From: Bordetella sp.
GTDB taxonomy: Bacteria > Pseudomonadota > Gammaproteobacteria > Burkholderiales > Burkholderiaceae_B
DNA: 64,000 bases
Assembly: GCA_022818765.1 (NCBI GenBank)
Contig: CP063810.1
Span: 263,533 to 327,532 of the forward strand
Reading direction: 5' to 3'
Shown piece by piece: positions 21,380 to 32,430 of this stretch. Under the pieces are notes generated by a model. The model saw only the letters and a program-made list of their open reading frames with translations, searched no databases and had not been told where the DNA came from. Position numbers and translations under genes: made by a program. How positions within the stretch are numbered: the stretch's first letter is position 1; the number at the start of each line of letters is the position of its first letter.

Positions 21380-22678
21380 ATGGGAAAAATTTTGAAAAAG
21401 TTATTTTATTTAACAGAAAATAAAACAAATATTCGAACCGAATTAATAGCTGGATTGACAACATTTTTAGCAATGTCTTACATTATTTTCATTAATCCGG
21501 AAATTATGTCATTAACAGGAATGAATAAAGATTCAGTTTTCGTAGCAACTTGTTTAGCTGCTTCTATAGGTTCTTTAATCATGGCATTCACTGCAAATTG
21601 GCCTATAGGAATGGCTCCTGGAATGGGATTAAATGCATTTTTCTCATTTACTGTAGTTGAGAGTATGGGTTTTTCTTGGGAACAAGCTTTAGGTGTTGTA
21701 TTCATTTCTGGAATTATATTTCTAGTATTAACTATATCAGGAATTAGATCTTGGTTAATACAGGGAATCCCTAAAACTTTACAAAGTTCTACTGTATCTG
21801 GAATCGGTTTATTTTTAGCGATTATAGCTTTATCACAAGCAGATATTGTTGTAAGCAACCCCATTACTAAAGTGACTATTGGTAATTTGAATGCTTACAA
21901 TCCACTTCTTTCAATTTTTGGTTTTTTGCTCATAGCTGCACTCGATGCAGCAAAAATCCGGGGTTCAATTATTATTGGTATCTTATCTGTTACTTTATTA
22001 TCTATATTTATAGGTCATAGTGAGTTTAAGGGAATTTTTGCTGTCCCACCAAGTTTATTTCCTACTTTTATGAAATTAAATATAACTAGCGCATTGAGCA
22101 TAGGCTTATTAGATATAATTTTAATATTTATCTTAGTTGAAATTTTTGATGCAACAGGTACGCTTATAGCAATAAGCAAGCGAGCTAAATTGCTTAATAA
22201 ATCTAAAAATCGATTAGGATATGCTTTATTTGCTGATAGTATTACAATCGTTATTGGCTCAATGCTTGGGACAAGCAGTACAACTGCTTTCATAGAAAGT
22301 GCTACAGGTGTTCAAGCTGGAGGTCGAACAGGTTTAACAGCATTAACTATTTCATTATTATTCTTAGCTGCCTTATTTGTTTCACCTCTTGCAGCTTCTG
22401 TTCCTATATGTGCTATTTCCCCTGCGTTACTCTACGTAGCATGTTTAATGATGAGAGAATTAGTAGAAATTAATTGGGAAGATATTACTGAATCAGCTCC
22501 AGCTTCTTTAAGTGTTTTTATGATCCCATTTACTTATTCAATTGCCAATGGATTAGCTTTTGGATTTATTACATATACAATCTTGAAAAGTTTAAATGGA
22601 AAATATTATGAAATACATCCTGCAACTTGGTTAGTTTCAATCTTGTTTGCTTTGCGTTATTATTTCTTAAATATATAA
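21380..22678 (+). CDS. NCS2/AzgA-family purine (adenine/guanine/hypoxanthine) permease
   Basis: 432 aa polytopic protein. TE..AG.TTFL.M.YI.FVNP N-terminal motif typical of the AzgA/PbuG/GhxP group. Confidence 0.8.
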   Translation: MGKILKKLFYLTENKTNIRTELIAGLTTFLAMSYIIFINPEIMSLTGMNKDSVFVATCLAASIGSLIMAFTANWPIGMAPGMGLNAFFSFTVVESMGFSWEQALGVVFISGIIFLVLTISGIRSWLIQGIPKTLQSSTVSGIGLFLAIIALSQADIVVSNPITKVTIGNLNAYNPLLSIFGFLLIAALDAAKIRGSIIIGILSVTLLSIFIGHSEFKGIFAVPPSLFPTFMKLNITSALSIGLLDIILIFILVEIFDATGTLIAISKRAKLLNKSKNRLGYALFADSITIVIGSMLGTSSTTAFIESATGVQAGGRTGLTALTISLLFLAALFVSPLAASVPICAISPALLYVACLMMRELVEINWEDITESAPASLSVFMIPFTYSIANGLAFGFITYTILKSLNGKYYEIHPATWLVSILFALRYYFLNI

Positions 22679-22713
22679 TGGGTTGAGATAACCATCTTAT
22701 TTTTTATCCATGA

Positions 22714-24315
22714 TCAATAATCAATCTTTGAAGTTAAATAATCTTCATAATTACCTTGATAATCAGAAATTTTGCCCTTTGGATGAATTTCTAAGATGCG
22801 ATTTGCAAGACTAGAAACAAATTCACGATCATGAGAAACAAAAAATAATGTTCCGGGATATTTTTCTAGAGCTAATTGCAATGATTCAATTGTTTCCATA
22901 TCTAAGTGATTAGTTGGTTCATCAAGAAGAATTACATTATGTTGTCCTAACATAAGTCGGCCAAAAAACATTCGATTTTTTTCTCCACCTGAAAGCATAT
23001 TAGGGGATTTTTGTAAATCTTCAGAAGAAAATAAAAGTCGTCCTAATATAGAACGAATAAATTGATCATCATGCATAGATTGACGATATTTATTCATCCA
23101 ATCTAATAAGTTGATATTTTTTTGACAGAATTCATCTGTTAAATCCTGATTCATAAAACCAATATTAATATTTTCTGCCCATTTTATAGAACCAGAATCT
23201 GGTTGAAGATTATTTGAAAGCATTGAAAGTAAAGTGGTTTTACCTATTCCATTCTCTCCTATAATAGCTACTTTTTCCCCTGCTTCAAATGTTGCTGAAT
23301 AATTAGAGATGATTGGAAGATCATAAGATTTCGATAATTTTTCCAAAGATAAAACAGATCGATATAAAATTTTATTTTGTTCAAACCTTATAAAAGGATT
23401 TTGTCTAGATGATGGTTTTATAGCAACTTGGTCCGCCTTAATTCGATCGATTTTCTTTAGACGTGAAGTTGCTTGACGAGATTTTGATTTATTGGCTGAA
23501 AATCGACGAACAAACTCCTGAAGTTCAGAAATACGTTCTTTTGCTCTAACATTTCCAGCTATTAATTGCTCCTTAGCTTTCGCAGAAGCTAGCATATATT
23601 CGTCATAATTTCCAGGATAAATACGTATTTCTCCATAATCTAAATCTGCCATATGTGTGCAAACTCTGTTTAAAAAATGTCTATCATGACTAATTATTAT
23701 TATTGTAGATTTATATGAACTAATAAAATCTTCTAGCCATCTAATTGTATTAATATCCAAATTATTAGTAGGCTCATCTAGAAGTAAAATATCAGGATTT
23801 GAGAATAGTGCTTGTGCTAATAAAACCCGTAATTTCCATCCAGGAGCAATATCTTTCATGATTGCGTTATGTTTATTAATGGAAATTCCTAACCCTGATA
23901 ACAATTCTCCTGCACGAGCATCTGCAGTATAACCTCCATATTCAGAAAATTTTATTTCTAAATTTGCTGCTTCCATATAATCGGATTCGGATGCTGTTAA
24001 GTCAGAGTATATGGCATCACGTTCAATCATAGTATTCCACATTTCAGAATGACCCATCTTGACAACATCCATTATTCTATGATTTTCAAAAGAAAAATGT
24101 TCTTGCCTCAATTTTCCAAGACGAATTCCTGGATTTATTGATACATTTCCATATGTAGGTTCTAAATCACCTCCAATAATTTTCATAAAAGTAGATTTTC
24201 CAGAACCATTAGCTCCAATAAGACCATAACAATTGCTTCCGTCAAATTTAACATTAACGTTTTCAAATAATGGTTTAGAGCCAAATTGAATAGTAAGATT
24301 AGCAGTAGAAATCAC
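22714..24315 (-). CDS. ybiT: ABC-F family ATPase (YbiT-like)
   Basis: 533 aa. Two ABC cassettes (GANGSGKST / LSGG..; GENGIGKTT / LSGGEK), no TM domain. The N-terminus closely resembles E. coli YbiT (…[13 protein letters not shown]…). GTG start. Confidence 0.85.
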   Translation of the reverse strand: MISTANLTIQFGSKPLFENVNVKFDGSNCYGLIGANGSGKSTFMKIIGGDLEPTYGNVSINPGIRLGKLRQEHFSFENHRIMDVVKMGHSEMWNTMIERDAIYSDLTASESDYMEAANLEIKFSEYGGYTADARAGELLSGLGISINKHNAIMKDIAPGWKLRVLLAQALFSNPDILLLDEPTNNLDINTIRWLEDFISSYKSTIIIISHDRHFLNRVCTHMADLDYGEIRIYPGNYDEYMLASAKAKEQLIAGNVRAKERISELQEFVRRFSANKSKSRQATSRLKKIDRIKADQVAIKPSSRQNPFIRFEQNKILYRSVLSLEKLSKSYDLPIISNYSATFEAGEKVAIIGENGIGKTTLLSMLSNNLQPDSGSIKWAENINIGFMNQDLTDEFCQKNINLLDWMNKYRQSMHDDQFIRSILGRLLFSSEDLQKSPNMLSGGEKNRMFFGRLMLGQHNVILLDEPTNHLDMETIESLQLALEKYPGTLFFVSHDREFVSSLANRILEIHPKGKISDYQGNYEDYLTSKIDY

Positions 24316-24436
24316 GATAATATTTTAAAGTTTAAAATTTTTAAAAGAAAAATTTTTATTTTTTTCTCATTTCAATGTTAAGAAAATTTTCAAGACAATA
24401 AAAAAATTTTTGAAATACCTATAATATTTCAAATTT

Positions 24437-24907
24437 TTACTGGTTGTTATATCGAAGATTGTGGAAAAACTGATGAAGAATTTTTCCACAATCTTCTGAA
24501 AGAATGCCTCCAATCATTGACACCTTATGATTGAGATATTTATTTAAATTAAATTGACTATTAAACGTACTCTGACCCTTTGAATCAAAAGTTCCAAATA
24601 TCACACGATCTAATCGAGCTTGTGATATTGCTCCAATGCACATCAGACATGGTTCTAATGTTACATATAAAATGAATCCGGGTAATCGATGATTACCCAT
24701 TATTAAAGCTGCTTTACGCAACACAACTACTTCAGCATGGGCTGTGGGATCTTGATCAATAATGGTTCGGTTATGTCCTTTTGCAATGACATTTCCCTGT
24801 TTGTCAAGTATAACAGCACCAACAGGCACTTCTCCTAATAAATAGGATAATTCAGCTTGTTTAAACGCTAACTGCATAAAATATTTGTCGAATAATAGAT
24901 CTGGCAT
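24437..24907 (-). CDS. tadA: tRNA adenosine(34) deaminase
   Basis: HAE...PC.MC deaminase zinc motifs (TAHAEVV, TLEPCLMC), 156 aa. Confidence 0.9.
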   Translation of the reverse strand: MPDLLFDKYFMQLAFKQAELSYLLGEVPVGAVILDKQGNVIAKGHNRTIIDQDPTAHAEVVVLRKAALIMGNHRLPGFILYVTLEPCLMCIGAISQARLDRVIFGTFDSKGQSTFNSQFNLNKYLNHKVSMIGGILSEDCGKILHQFFHNLRYNNQ

Positions 24908-24977
24908 TTTACCAAAAAAATCATTGTAAATGCATGTAAATTATTTATAAAACTTTATAAACTAAATATTAGATATT

Positions 24978-25286
24978 TCAATTTGTATCTTTTTTGATGG
25001 TCCGATAAATAGCCGCACGCATAATTAATGTAGTAGTTATTGGAGAACTAATTATCATAAAAGTTATTATAGTAACTATATGAAATATAGGTTTTTCCAA
25101 TACATAAAAAGAAAAAACAGTAAATGATAATAAAATACAAATAGCTCCTATTGAACTTGCTAACATTGGCATATGGATGCGTATATAAAAGTTTGAGAAA
25201 AATAAAAGTCCAATAGAACCAAGCAAAGTTACACTACCTCCTAGTATTAATAGGAAACTACAAATAAATGAAATGAGAATTAACAT
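24978..25286 (-). CDS. mnhG: monovalent cation/H+ antiporter subunit G
   Basis: 102-aa three-TM protein at the distal end of the mrp/pha operon. Confidence 0.75.
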   Translation of the reverse strand: MLILISFICSFLLILGGSVTLLGSIGLLFFSNFYIRIHMPMLASSIGAICILLSFTVFSFYVLEKPIFHIVTIITFMIISSPITTTLIMRAAIYRTIKKDTN

Positions 25287-25300
25287 ATCGTTATAATTGT

Positions 25301-25582
25301 TTAAGGTTCAATAACCTCTCCCCGCAATAAAAATTTAGCCATAGCTGCTGAACCTACAAAACCAAATAAAGAAATTAATAAAGCAATATCCGAATATAAC
25401 AATGTTTCAAATTTTATTCCTAACACAATCATAATGAGCATACCATTAACATATAAGGCATCCAACGCTAGCACCCTATCCTGTGCTGAAGGACCATATA
25501 ATAGTCGTATAAAAACAAACAATATACTTAAAACAAGACAAAACATTGCAAATTGAATGGACCAAATCATTAAATTATTCAT
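25301..25582 (-). CDS. mnhF: monovalent cation/H+ antiporter subunit F
   Basis: 93-aa three-TM protein with the GPS..DR..ALD motif typical of MrpF/PhaF. Confidence 0.8.
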   Translation of the reverse strand: MNNLMIWSIQFAMFCLVLSILFVFIRLLYGPSAQDRVLALDALYVNGMLIMIVLGIKFETLLYSDIALLISLFGFVGSAAMAKFLLRGEVIEP

Positions 25583-26055
25583 TCAAAAATCTCCATAAGT
25601 GGGAGTTCGTATTTTGTTTTAATCAAATCTATTAGATCTTTTTCATTATCAAAATTTAAAACATGTAAGGTTAATATGTAACTATTGGAAATATTAACCC
25701 AAATAGTACCCGGTATATAAGAAATAATGCATGTCAAAAAAGCTAAGGCATATGGATCTCTTATTTTAATAGGTATTGAAATAAATTTTTGTGAATGGGA
25801 AGATATATTAAAACTTATAATTGAATAAGATAATACAATACTAGATTTAAAAACATCATTTAAAACTCTAATTACTAAAATCGGAAGCAAATAAAGTTTT
25901 TTAGGTTTTGAGTTAAAATCTAATTTTAACGAAATAAAATATAACCATATAGATAATAATAATCCAAGAAATATTTGACCATTAGATATGCTTGCATTTA
26001 GAAAAATCCATAAAAAAAATAAAAAGCAAGGTAAATAAATTTTACTAAATATCAT
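25579..26055 (-). CDS. mnhE: monovalent cation/H+ antiporter subunit E
   Basis: 158 aa. Position between the D and F subunits, 4-nt overlap with mnhF, N-terminal TM pair. Sequence is divergent. Confidence 0.7.
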   Translation of the reverse strand: MIFSKIYLPCFLFFLWIFLNASISNGQIFLGLLLSIWLYFISLKLDFNSKPKKLYLLPILVIRVLNDVFKSSIVLSYSIISFNISSHSQKFISIPIKIRDPYALAFLTCIISYIPGTIWVNISNSYILTLHVLNFDNEKDLIDLIKTKYELPLMEIFE

Positions 26056-26074
26056 AATAATTTCATTAAGGATT

Positions 26075-27664
26075 TTAAAAATTTAAAACAGTATTTATAT
26101 AATCGAAAGGATTTCCTAAAGATTTAGCTGCATCATTTAAATAGGATAATACCAAATTAGCATTTATTGATAAATCAATACATAAAAATATTAGTATTCC
26201 AATTGGTGCCACTTCTACCCATCTTAAAAAAGGTATCACTGTATCTTTAGACCAAAAAATCCGAATACCTATTCTTGTGAATGAAAATAATCCAGCTAGT
26301 CCTGAAAATAGTATAGATGCAAATAATATCCATGATTGGATTTGATAAGAAACTTGATCAATTGAAACTGCTGTTGATAATAAGGCAAATTTTGCAACGA
26401 ACCCAGATAAAGGAGGTAAACCTGTTATTAGTAATGCACATGAGATAAAGGATAAACCAAGAAAGGCCATTGCTGCAGGTATGGGTATACCTACTATTTC
26501 ATCAGATCGATTAGAAGATGTCTTTGTTAAAACTTCTTCGGCTTCGAAAACATCTTGATTTGTTAAACAATTACTTATTGGTATATTTGTGCGTTTAATT
26601 AATTCAGATAATAAAAATAATGTACTACTTGCTAAAACTGAATTAACCAAATAAAAAAGAGCAGGTCCGATGAAGTTTATGCCAGGCATTCCTAATGACA
26701 TAAATAAGATTCCTGTTGAAATAATAATACAATATCCAGAAATTTTTTCAACTTGATAACTAGCAATCAAACCAATACAACCAAATATCAAAGTTACTAA
26801 TCCTATATAAAATATCCAATTTAAATCAAATGGTATAGGAATTTCATGAAGAATGATTAGCAATGACTTTATTCGCAAAACAGTATAAATACTTAATTTA
26901 GTCATTATAGACAACATGGCTGTAACTGGGGGAACAGCAGCAATATAACCTTTAATGAGCCAAAAATTCAAAGGCCATACACCTGCTTTAATAATGAAAG
27001 CAATACCTAAAATTGCAATACCCACATTAAAAAATAAACGATTTTCTTCTTCTAATTCGATGGCGGATATAGCTACATCAGCTAAATTCAAAGTTCCAGT
27101 AACACCATAAATCAAGGCAATACCAATTAAGATTAAAAAAGAGACTACTAGATTGACAACGATATAATGCAAACTAGCACTGACTCGCATAGATCCAGAT
27201 CCATGTAACATTAAACCATAAGAAGCTGCTAATAAAACTTCAAAAAAAACAAATAAATTAAATAAATCACCTGTTAAAAAGGCTCCATTTAATCCCATCA
27301 TCAAAAATTGAAATAAAGGATAAAAATGAACTCCAATTCGGTCCCAATGACCTAATGCATACAAAAAAGAACAAAATCCCAAGATAGAAGTTAAAATTAA
27401 CATAATGATCGTTAATTTATCTGAAACAAGAAAAATACCAAATGGAGCTGGCCAGCCACCTATAGCATATATGCAAATATTATTTCCACAATCAGCAGAA
27501 AAATATAATAAAGAAGCAGCAGTAATTAATTGCATCATTATTGAAAGAATTGATATTAATGAACGAGCATATCGTTTTGTTTCAGATAATAAAAGCAAGA
27601 TTGCTCCAGCTAAAAGCGGAGTAATTATTGGATAAATTAATATATGTTGAAAGAAAATTTTCAA
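26075..27664 (-). CDS. mnhD: monovalent cation/H+ antiporter subunit D (NuoN/NuoM-like)
   Basis: 529-aa polytopic protein of the proton-translocating NADH-dehydrogenase subunit family. Confidence 0.85.
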   Translation of the reverse strand: MKIFFQHILIYPIITPLLAGAILLLLSETKRYARSLISILSIMMQLITAASLLYFSADCGNNICIYAIGGWPAPFGIFLVSDKLTIIMLILTSILGFCSFLYALGHWDRIGVHFYPLFQFLMMGLNGAFLTGDLFNLFVFFEVLLAASYGLMLHGSGSMRVSASLHYIVVNLVVSFLILIGIALIYGVTGTLNLADVAISAIELEEENRLFFNVGIAILGIAFIIKAGVWPLNFWLIKGYIAAVPPVTAMLSIMTKLSIYTVLRIKSLLIILHEIPIPFDLNWIFYIGLVTLIFGCIGLIASYQVEKISGYCIIISTGILFMSLGMPGINFIGPALFYLVNSVLASSTLFLLSELIKRTNIPISNCLTNQDVFEAEEVLTKTSSNRSDEIVGIPIPAAMAFLGLSFISCALLITGLPPLSGFVAKFALLSTAVSIDQVSYQIQSWILFASILFSGLAGLFSFTRIGIRIFWSKDTVIPFLRWVEVAPIGILIFLCIDLSINANLVLSYLNDAAKSLGNPFDYINTVLNF

Positions 27665-28005
27665 TGTTTTGTATCCTTCCCATCAACATGATCTGTTCCT
27701 GTAAAACCTCGAGAAGCTAAAATTACTACTAAAAATAAAGCAGTCATTGCAAAATTAATTACGATAGAAGTCAAAATTAATGCTTGTGGAACTGGATCTG
27801 CATATAGATTTGAATCAGAAAAATTTAAAGAATTAATAATAGGTGGAGATCCTATAGTTAAACCTCCCATTCCAAAAATAAACAAATTTATCGCGTACGA
27901 AATCAAAGAGAATCCAATAATAATTTGAAAAGTACGAGATCTTAGCAAGAGCCATGTACCCGAAGCAGATAAAATACCTATAGCTATTGAGAAAATAATT
28001 TCCAT
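27661..28005 (-). CDS. mnhC: monovalent cation/H+ antiporter subunit C (NuoK-like)
   Basis: 114 aa, three TM. The DP.PQALILT..VI motif is typical of MrpC. Confidence 0.85.
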   Translation of the reverse strand: MEIIFSIAIGILSASGTWLLLRSRTFQIIIGFSLISYAINLFIFGMGGLTIGSPPIINSLNFSDSNLYADPVPQALILTSIVINFAMTALFLVVILASRGFTGTDHVDGKDTKH

Positions 28006-28029
28006 TAATTGAAACCTTTTATATATTTA

Positions 28030-30909
28030 CTATTCAATAGTAGCTTTCCTTTGAGCTCTTAGAGATTGATGGGCTAAAGCTACTAATATCAAAACGGTAG
28101 ATCCCATAACTAACATATAGACACCAAGATCAAATAAGAGCACTGAAGAAAAAGTAATAGATCCAAATAATGGTAGATTTATATTCAATGTAATTGCTGA
28201 CAAAAATGGTAGCATTGCCAAACTTGCTGATAAAGAAACTATACTTGAACAGATAAGGCCAAATCCGATCCAATACTGTGGATTAAATTTGCTGTGAGAT
28301 TCAACCCAATGGACTCCATTAACCATATATTGAAGTATAACTGCTGTAGCCATAATCAATCCACCAACAAAACCTCCTCCAGGAAGATTATGTCCTCGCA
28401 ATAAAAAATAAACTGAAACTAAAGCAGCAATTGGAAATAATAATCTACCTAAAATGGATGATGTTAACATTGAGTTTTTTGGAGAAAATTCATGAAAATT
28501 AGACTGAAAGATATTATTTTCTTCATCTTGATCTCTTTGTTGAATAGGTTTCTCTGTACTTTCAATTGCTGGTCGGAAGCGACGCAGTAAAGCATATACA
28601 GTTAAGGATACTATTCCAAGAACAGTAATTTCACCTAAAGTATCAAATCCTCTAAAATCAACCAATATAACATTAACAACATTAGCCCCTCCTGCTTCTA
28701 ACAAAGATTTTTCTATAAAGTACGATGCAATTTTTGGACGTATAGAACGCATTAGCATTGAATAAGAAATTAATGCTAAACCTAACCCTACACTACCAGC
28801 TAATAAGAAATCTCTAATTCTTCGAATATAAATTCGAGATTTTGTATATTCAATTTCTTCATTTCTTTCAATGCGTCTAGGTAACCAACGTAAACCCAAT
28901 AAAATTAAAACAGCAGTAACCACTTCCACAATCAATTGGGTTAAAGCTAAATCTGGAGCTGAAAACCATATAAAAGTTAAACATGTTATTAATCCAGCTC
29001 CACCTGTTAAAGCTAATGATGATAACCGATGATATTTAGCTTGATAAGTAGCTCCTAAAGCACAAAAAATTCCAACTATCCATAATATAGAAAACATTAA
29101 ATCTGGCCATTCTTTACATTCGGAAAATTTCATCCCAATATTATTTGGAGCAAAATAGCTTACAAAAATAGTGGAAATAACAATTATTATTAATTGTGTT
29201 TGTAAACGGTCTGATGATAATTTTCCTAATAAAAAAGAAGAAATTAATACAAATTTTTTAAGCACATAATCAAAAATTTGACCTCCTTCTAAATTCATCA
29301 TAAAAGGTGGTGCTATTAATATAAGTTTATTTTTTGAACGTAAAATGAGATAGAAGCATAAACCACTAACAAGAGCAACAGAACTCATTAAAATTGGTAA
29401 TTTTAAACCATGCCAAACAGATAAACTATACTCAGGCATATCGTTGATAAGTATGCTATTGCTCGCTGTCCTCAAAAAAGGTCCAAGTGTAATGCCTGGC
29501 ATAATTCCAACAACCAAACATGTAAGCACTAACAAAGCACTTGGTAATAACATCCAACGAGGCGGTTCATGGGGTTTTCGAAGGATTTCTCTTGAAAAGG
29601 GGCCAAAAAATACTTTGAGAATAAAGCGCAATGAATAAGCTACACTAAAAGATCCTGCTATTGTTGCCAGCAAAGGTAACCCGACTCTTGTATAAATATC
29701 AGCCCTCACAAAAGTTGTTTCAGCAAAAAACATTTCCTTAGAGATAAAACCGTTTAAGAGAGGCACTCCTGCCATCGAAGCAGCAGCAACTGTTGCTAGG
29801 GTAGCAGTTATTGGCATAGATCTGTATAAACCACTTAAATTTCGAATATTCCTAGTCCCAGTTTCATGATCAACAATACCAGTAGCCATAAATAAAGAAG
29901 CTTTGAAAGTTGCATGGTTAATCATATGAAATATCGCTGCTACTAATCCTAATGAACTATTTAATCCAATAAGTAATGTAATTAATCCTAAATGACTAAT
30001 TGTAGAATATGCTAAAATTCCCTTCATATCTTGTTGAAATATAGCAGTATAAGCCCCTAAGATGAGAGAAATTAATCCTGAACCTCCGATAATCCAAAAC
30101 CACTCGTCAGTTCCTGATAGTACTGGCCAAAATCTTGCTAATAAAAATACACCAGATTTTACCATTGTTGCTGAATGTAAATAAGCAGAAACAGGTGTCG
30201 GTGCAGCCATAGCATTAGGTAACCAAAATTGAAATGGAAATTGGGCACTTTTGCTTAAAGCTCCTATAGAAATTAAGATTAACGTAAGTTGATATAATGG
30301 ATTGTTTCGTATTAAATTCCCAGAAGCCAATATATCATCAATATCATAACTACCAACTATATTTCCAAGGATTAAAAATCCAGCGAATAAACATAATCCA
30401 CCAAATCCAGTAATCATTAGAGCCATTCGAGCTCCCTTTCTAGCATCTTGACGATGATGCCAATAAGCAATTAGCATGAAAGACATCAAGCTTGTTATTT
30501 CCCAAAAAAGTATTAACTGAATAATATTTCCAGATAGGACAACACCTAACATTGCTGACATAAAAGCTTGAAAAAAAGAAAAAAATCTTTGCACAGGATC
30601 TTTAGGTGACATGTAATAACGAGCATATAAAACTACTAATGTTCCCATAATGGATATAATCAAAGAAAAAAGCCAAGCATAGCCATCCATTCGGAAAATC
30701 AGCTTTAATCCTAAAACAGGAATCCATGGAATATCTATTCGAATAATTTCCCCAGAGGATATTTCAGGATATAAGTTGATTATTAAAAAAGTACAAACTA
30801 AGGAAATAATGCCTGCTAGCCAAGATTCAGCATTTCTGGCATTGGAAGGTAGCAATGCTGCAAATAAACTACCAAGGAATGGTAGTACTAGAATAAGGAT
30901 TAACGACAT
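28030..30909 (-). CDS. mnhA: monovalent cation/H+ antiporter fused subunit A/B (NuoL-like plus MrpB domain)
   Basis: 959 aa. N-terminal NuoL-like region (ILFWEITS..SF.LI, HAATMV-like SATMVKSG) and C-terminal MrpB-like region (GHN.PGGGF.GGL). Confidence 0.85.
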   Translation of the reverse strand: MSLILILVLPFLGSLFAALLPSNARNAESWLAGIISLVCTFLIINLYPEISSGEIIRIDIPWIPVLGLKLIFRMDGYAWLFSLIISIMGTLVVLYARYYMSPKDPVQRFFSFFQAFMSAMLGVVLSGNIIQLILFWEITSLMSFMLIAYWHHRQDARKGARMALMITGFGGLCLFAGFLILGNIVGSYDIDDILASGNLIRNNPLYQLTLILISIGALSKSAQFPFQFWLPNAMAAPTPVSAYLHSATMVKSGVFLLARFWPVLSGTDEWFWIIGGSGLISLILGAYTAIFQQDMKGILAYSTISHLGLITLLIGLNSSLGLVAAIFHMINHATFKASLFMATGIVDHETGTRNIRNLSGLYRSMPITATLATVAAASMAGVPLLNGFISKEMFFAETTFVRADIYTRVGLPLLATIAGSFSVAYSLRFILKVFFGPFSREILRKPHEPPRWMLLPSALLVLTCLVVGIMPGITLGPFLRTASNSILINDMPEYSLSVWHGLKLPILMSSVALVSGLCFYLILRSKNKLILIAPPFMMNLEGGQIFDYVLKKFVLISSFLLGKLSSDRLQTQLIIIVISTIFVSYFAPNNIGMKFSECKEWPDLMFSILWIVGIFCALGATYQAKYHRLSSLALTGGAGLITCLTFIWFSAPDLALTQLIVEVVTAVLILLGLRWLPRRIERNEEIEYTKSRIYIRRIRDFLLAGSVGLGLALISYSMLMRSIRPKIASYFIEKSLLEAGGANVVNVILVDFRGFDTLGEITVLGIVSLTVYALLRRFRPAIESTEKPIQQRDQDEENNIFQSNFHEFSPKNSMLTSSILGRLLFPIAALVSVYFLLRGHNLPGGGFVGGLIMATAVILQYMVNGVHWVESHSKFNPQYWIGFGLICSSIVSLSASLAMLPFLSAITLNINLPLFGSITFSSVLLFDLGVYMLVMGSTVLILVALAHQSLRAQRKATIE

Positions 30910-31173
30910 AGTATTCCTAATGAGGTAGTCGATGTTTCGATTAAACCTATTAATAGTTAAAAATATTTTCTAAAAAGAACTGTTATGAAAAGTATTTCAT
31001 ATTATCTATATAAACAAAAATAAGAAACTAAAGAAATAATAAGCTCTGAAATACTAACAAATTTAATAAATATAAAGTTATTAAATTAAAATCTTTGAGC
31101 TTTTTTGAAAAATGTTAATCTCTTTTTTTAAAGAGAGATAAGAAAACATTCTTAAAGAAAATTCATTAAGAGT

Positions 31174-32430
31174 CTAAAGACTAATAAAAGGAAATTCAGG
31201 TTCTGGACAAACCCCTTCAATTATGTCGGCTAAAGCCCGACTAGATCCGGCTCCCATTGTCCAACCTAATGAACCATGACCTGTATTCATAAATAAATTC
31301 TTAAATTTTGTACGACCAATTAATGGAATACCTGAAGGAGTAGAAGGTCGGAGACCAGACCAATACATAATTTTTTCAAAATTAAGAGCTTCTGGAAATA
31401 ATTCTTGTGCTATCTGAGTTAACCGTTTGCAACGACTCTCATTAAGGTTTCTAGAATATCCAGATAATTCTGCAGAAGTTGCAAAACGTAATTTATTTCC
31501 TATTCTGGATAAAACCATTCTATTATGAGTATCAGTTATGCTGACAGAAGGAGCAAGATCAGGATTTATAATTTCCAAGGTAGCTGAATAACCCTTTATA
31601 GGATATATATTGCATTGAATTCCTAAAGGCCGCAGTATAAATGGACTATAGCTTCCTAAAGCAACAACATAGATATCGGCAGATAAAGTTTCATAGTAAC
31701 CATCAGGACGTATTAATTCTACACTTTTAATACGATCTAATTCTGTTAACAATCGATTGATAGTTGTTTGATAGAAGAATTTCACACCAATCTCTTGACA
31801 TTTCTTAGCAAGTTCACAGGTGAATATATAAGCATCTCCACTTTCATCTTCTGGAGTATAATCTCCTCCTTTAATGAAATTACTTAATTGAAATAAAGCA
31901 GGTTCTATTTTTACTGTTTCATCTGCAGTTAAGATTTTTCGATTTACGCCAAGGTCGTTCATCAAATTTACTATCTTCTTAGCATGTTCAAATTCTTTCT
32001 TATTTCGGTAGAAATTTAAGACGCCATATTTGAGACAATGATAGTTGATATTAAGCTCATTCTGCATAATTTTAAGGATTTTTTGGCTATACTCAGTCAT
32101 TCGAATCATAGCTGTAATATTAGGTAAAAAATTCCATGGTAAACATTCTCTTAAAAATTTGAATCCCCATAACCATTGATATCGATCAAAGTGTGGATAA
32201 AATTTTAGAGGATAATCATATCGAAAGATCGATTTAAAAATATCATATATCAAATGAGTACTTGCTAATGGCTCTGAATAAGCAATTGAGATTTGTCCTC
32301 CATTTGCAAAGCTAGTTTCAAGAGCTGGTCCATTACAACGATCTACCACAAATACTTCATGACCAGCTTGAGCTAACCACCATGCACTAAAAACTCCTTG
32401 TATACCACTCCCTAATATTGCTATTTTCAT
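31174..32430 (-). CDS. dadA: FAD-dependent D-amino acid dehydrogenase
   Basis: MKIAILGSGIQG dinucleotide fold, ETSFANGGQIS, GHGSLGWT C-terminal motif, 418 aa. Confidence 0.8.
   Translation of the reverse strand: MKIAILGSGIQGVFSAWWLAQAGHEVFVVDRCNGPALETSFANGGQISIAYSEPLASTHLIYDIFKSIFRYDYPLKFYPHFDRYQWLWGFKFLRECLPWNFLPNITAMIRMTEYSQKILKIMQNELNINYHCLKYGVLNFYRNKKEFEHAKKIVNLMNDLGVNRKILTADETVKIEPALFQLSNFIKGGDYTPEDESGDAYIFTCELAKKCQEIGVKFFYQTTINRLLTELDRIKSVELIRPDGYYETLSADIYVVALGSYSPFILRPLGIQCNIYPIKGYSATLEIINPDLAPSVSITDTHNRMVLSRIGNKLRFATSAELSGYSRNLNESRCKRLTQIAQELFPEALNFEKIMYWSGLRPSTPSGIPLIGRTKFKNLFMNTGHGSLGWTMGAGSSRALADIIEGVCPEPEFPFISL

Noticed and set aside
31100-31173. Hairpin TCTCTTT-AAAA-AAAGAGA downstream of dadA as an intrinsic terminator
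   Set aside because: The stem is only 7 bp, A/T-dominated and of ambiguous register, and the following U-tract is interrupted. This is too weak to call in a genome where such AT hairpins arise by chance.
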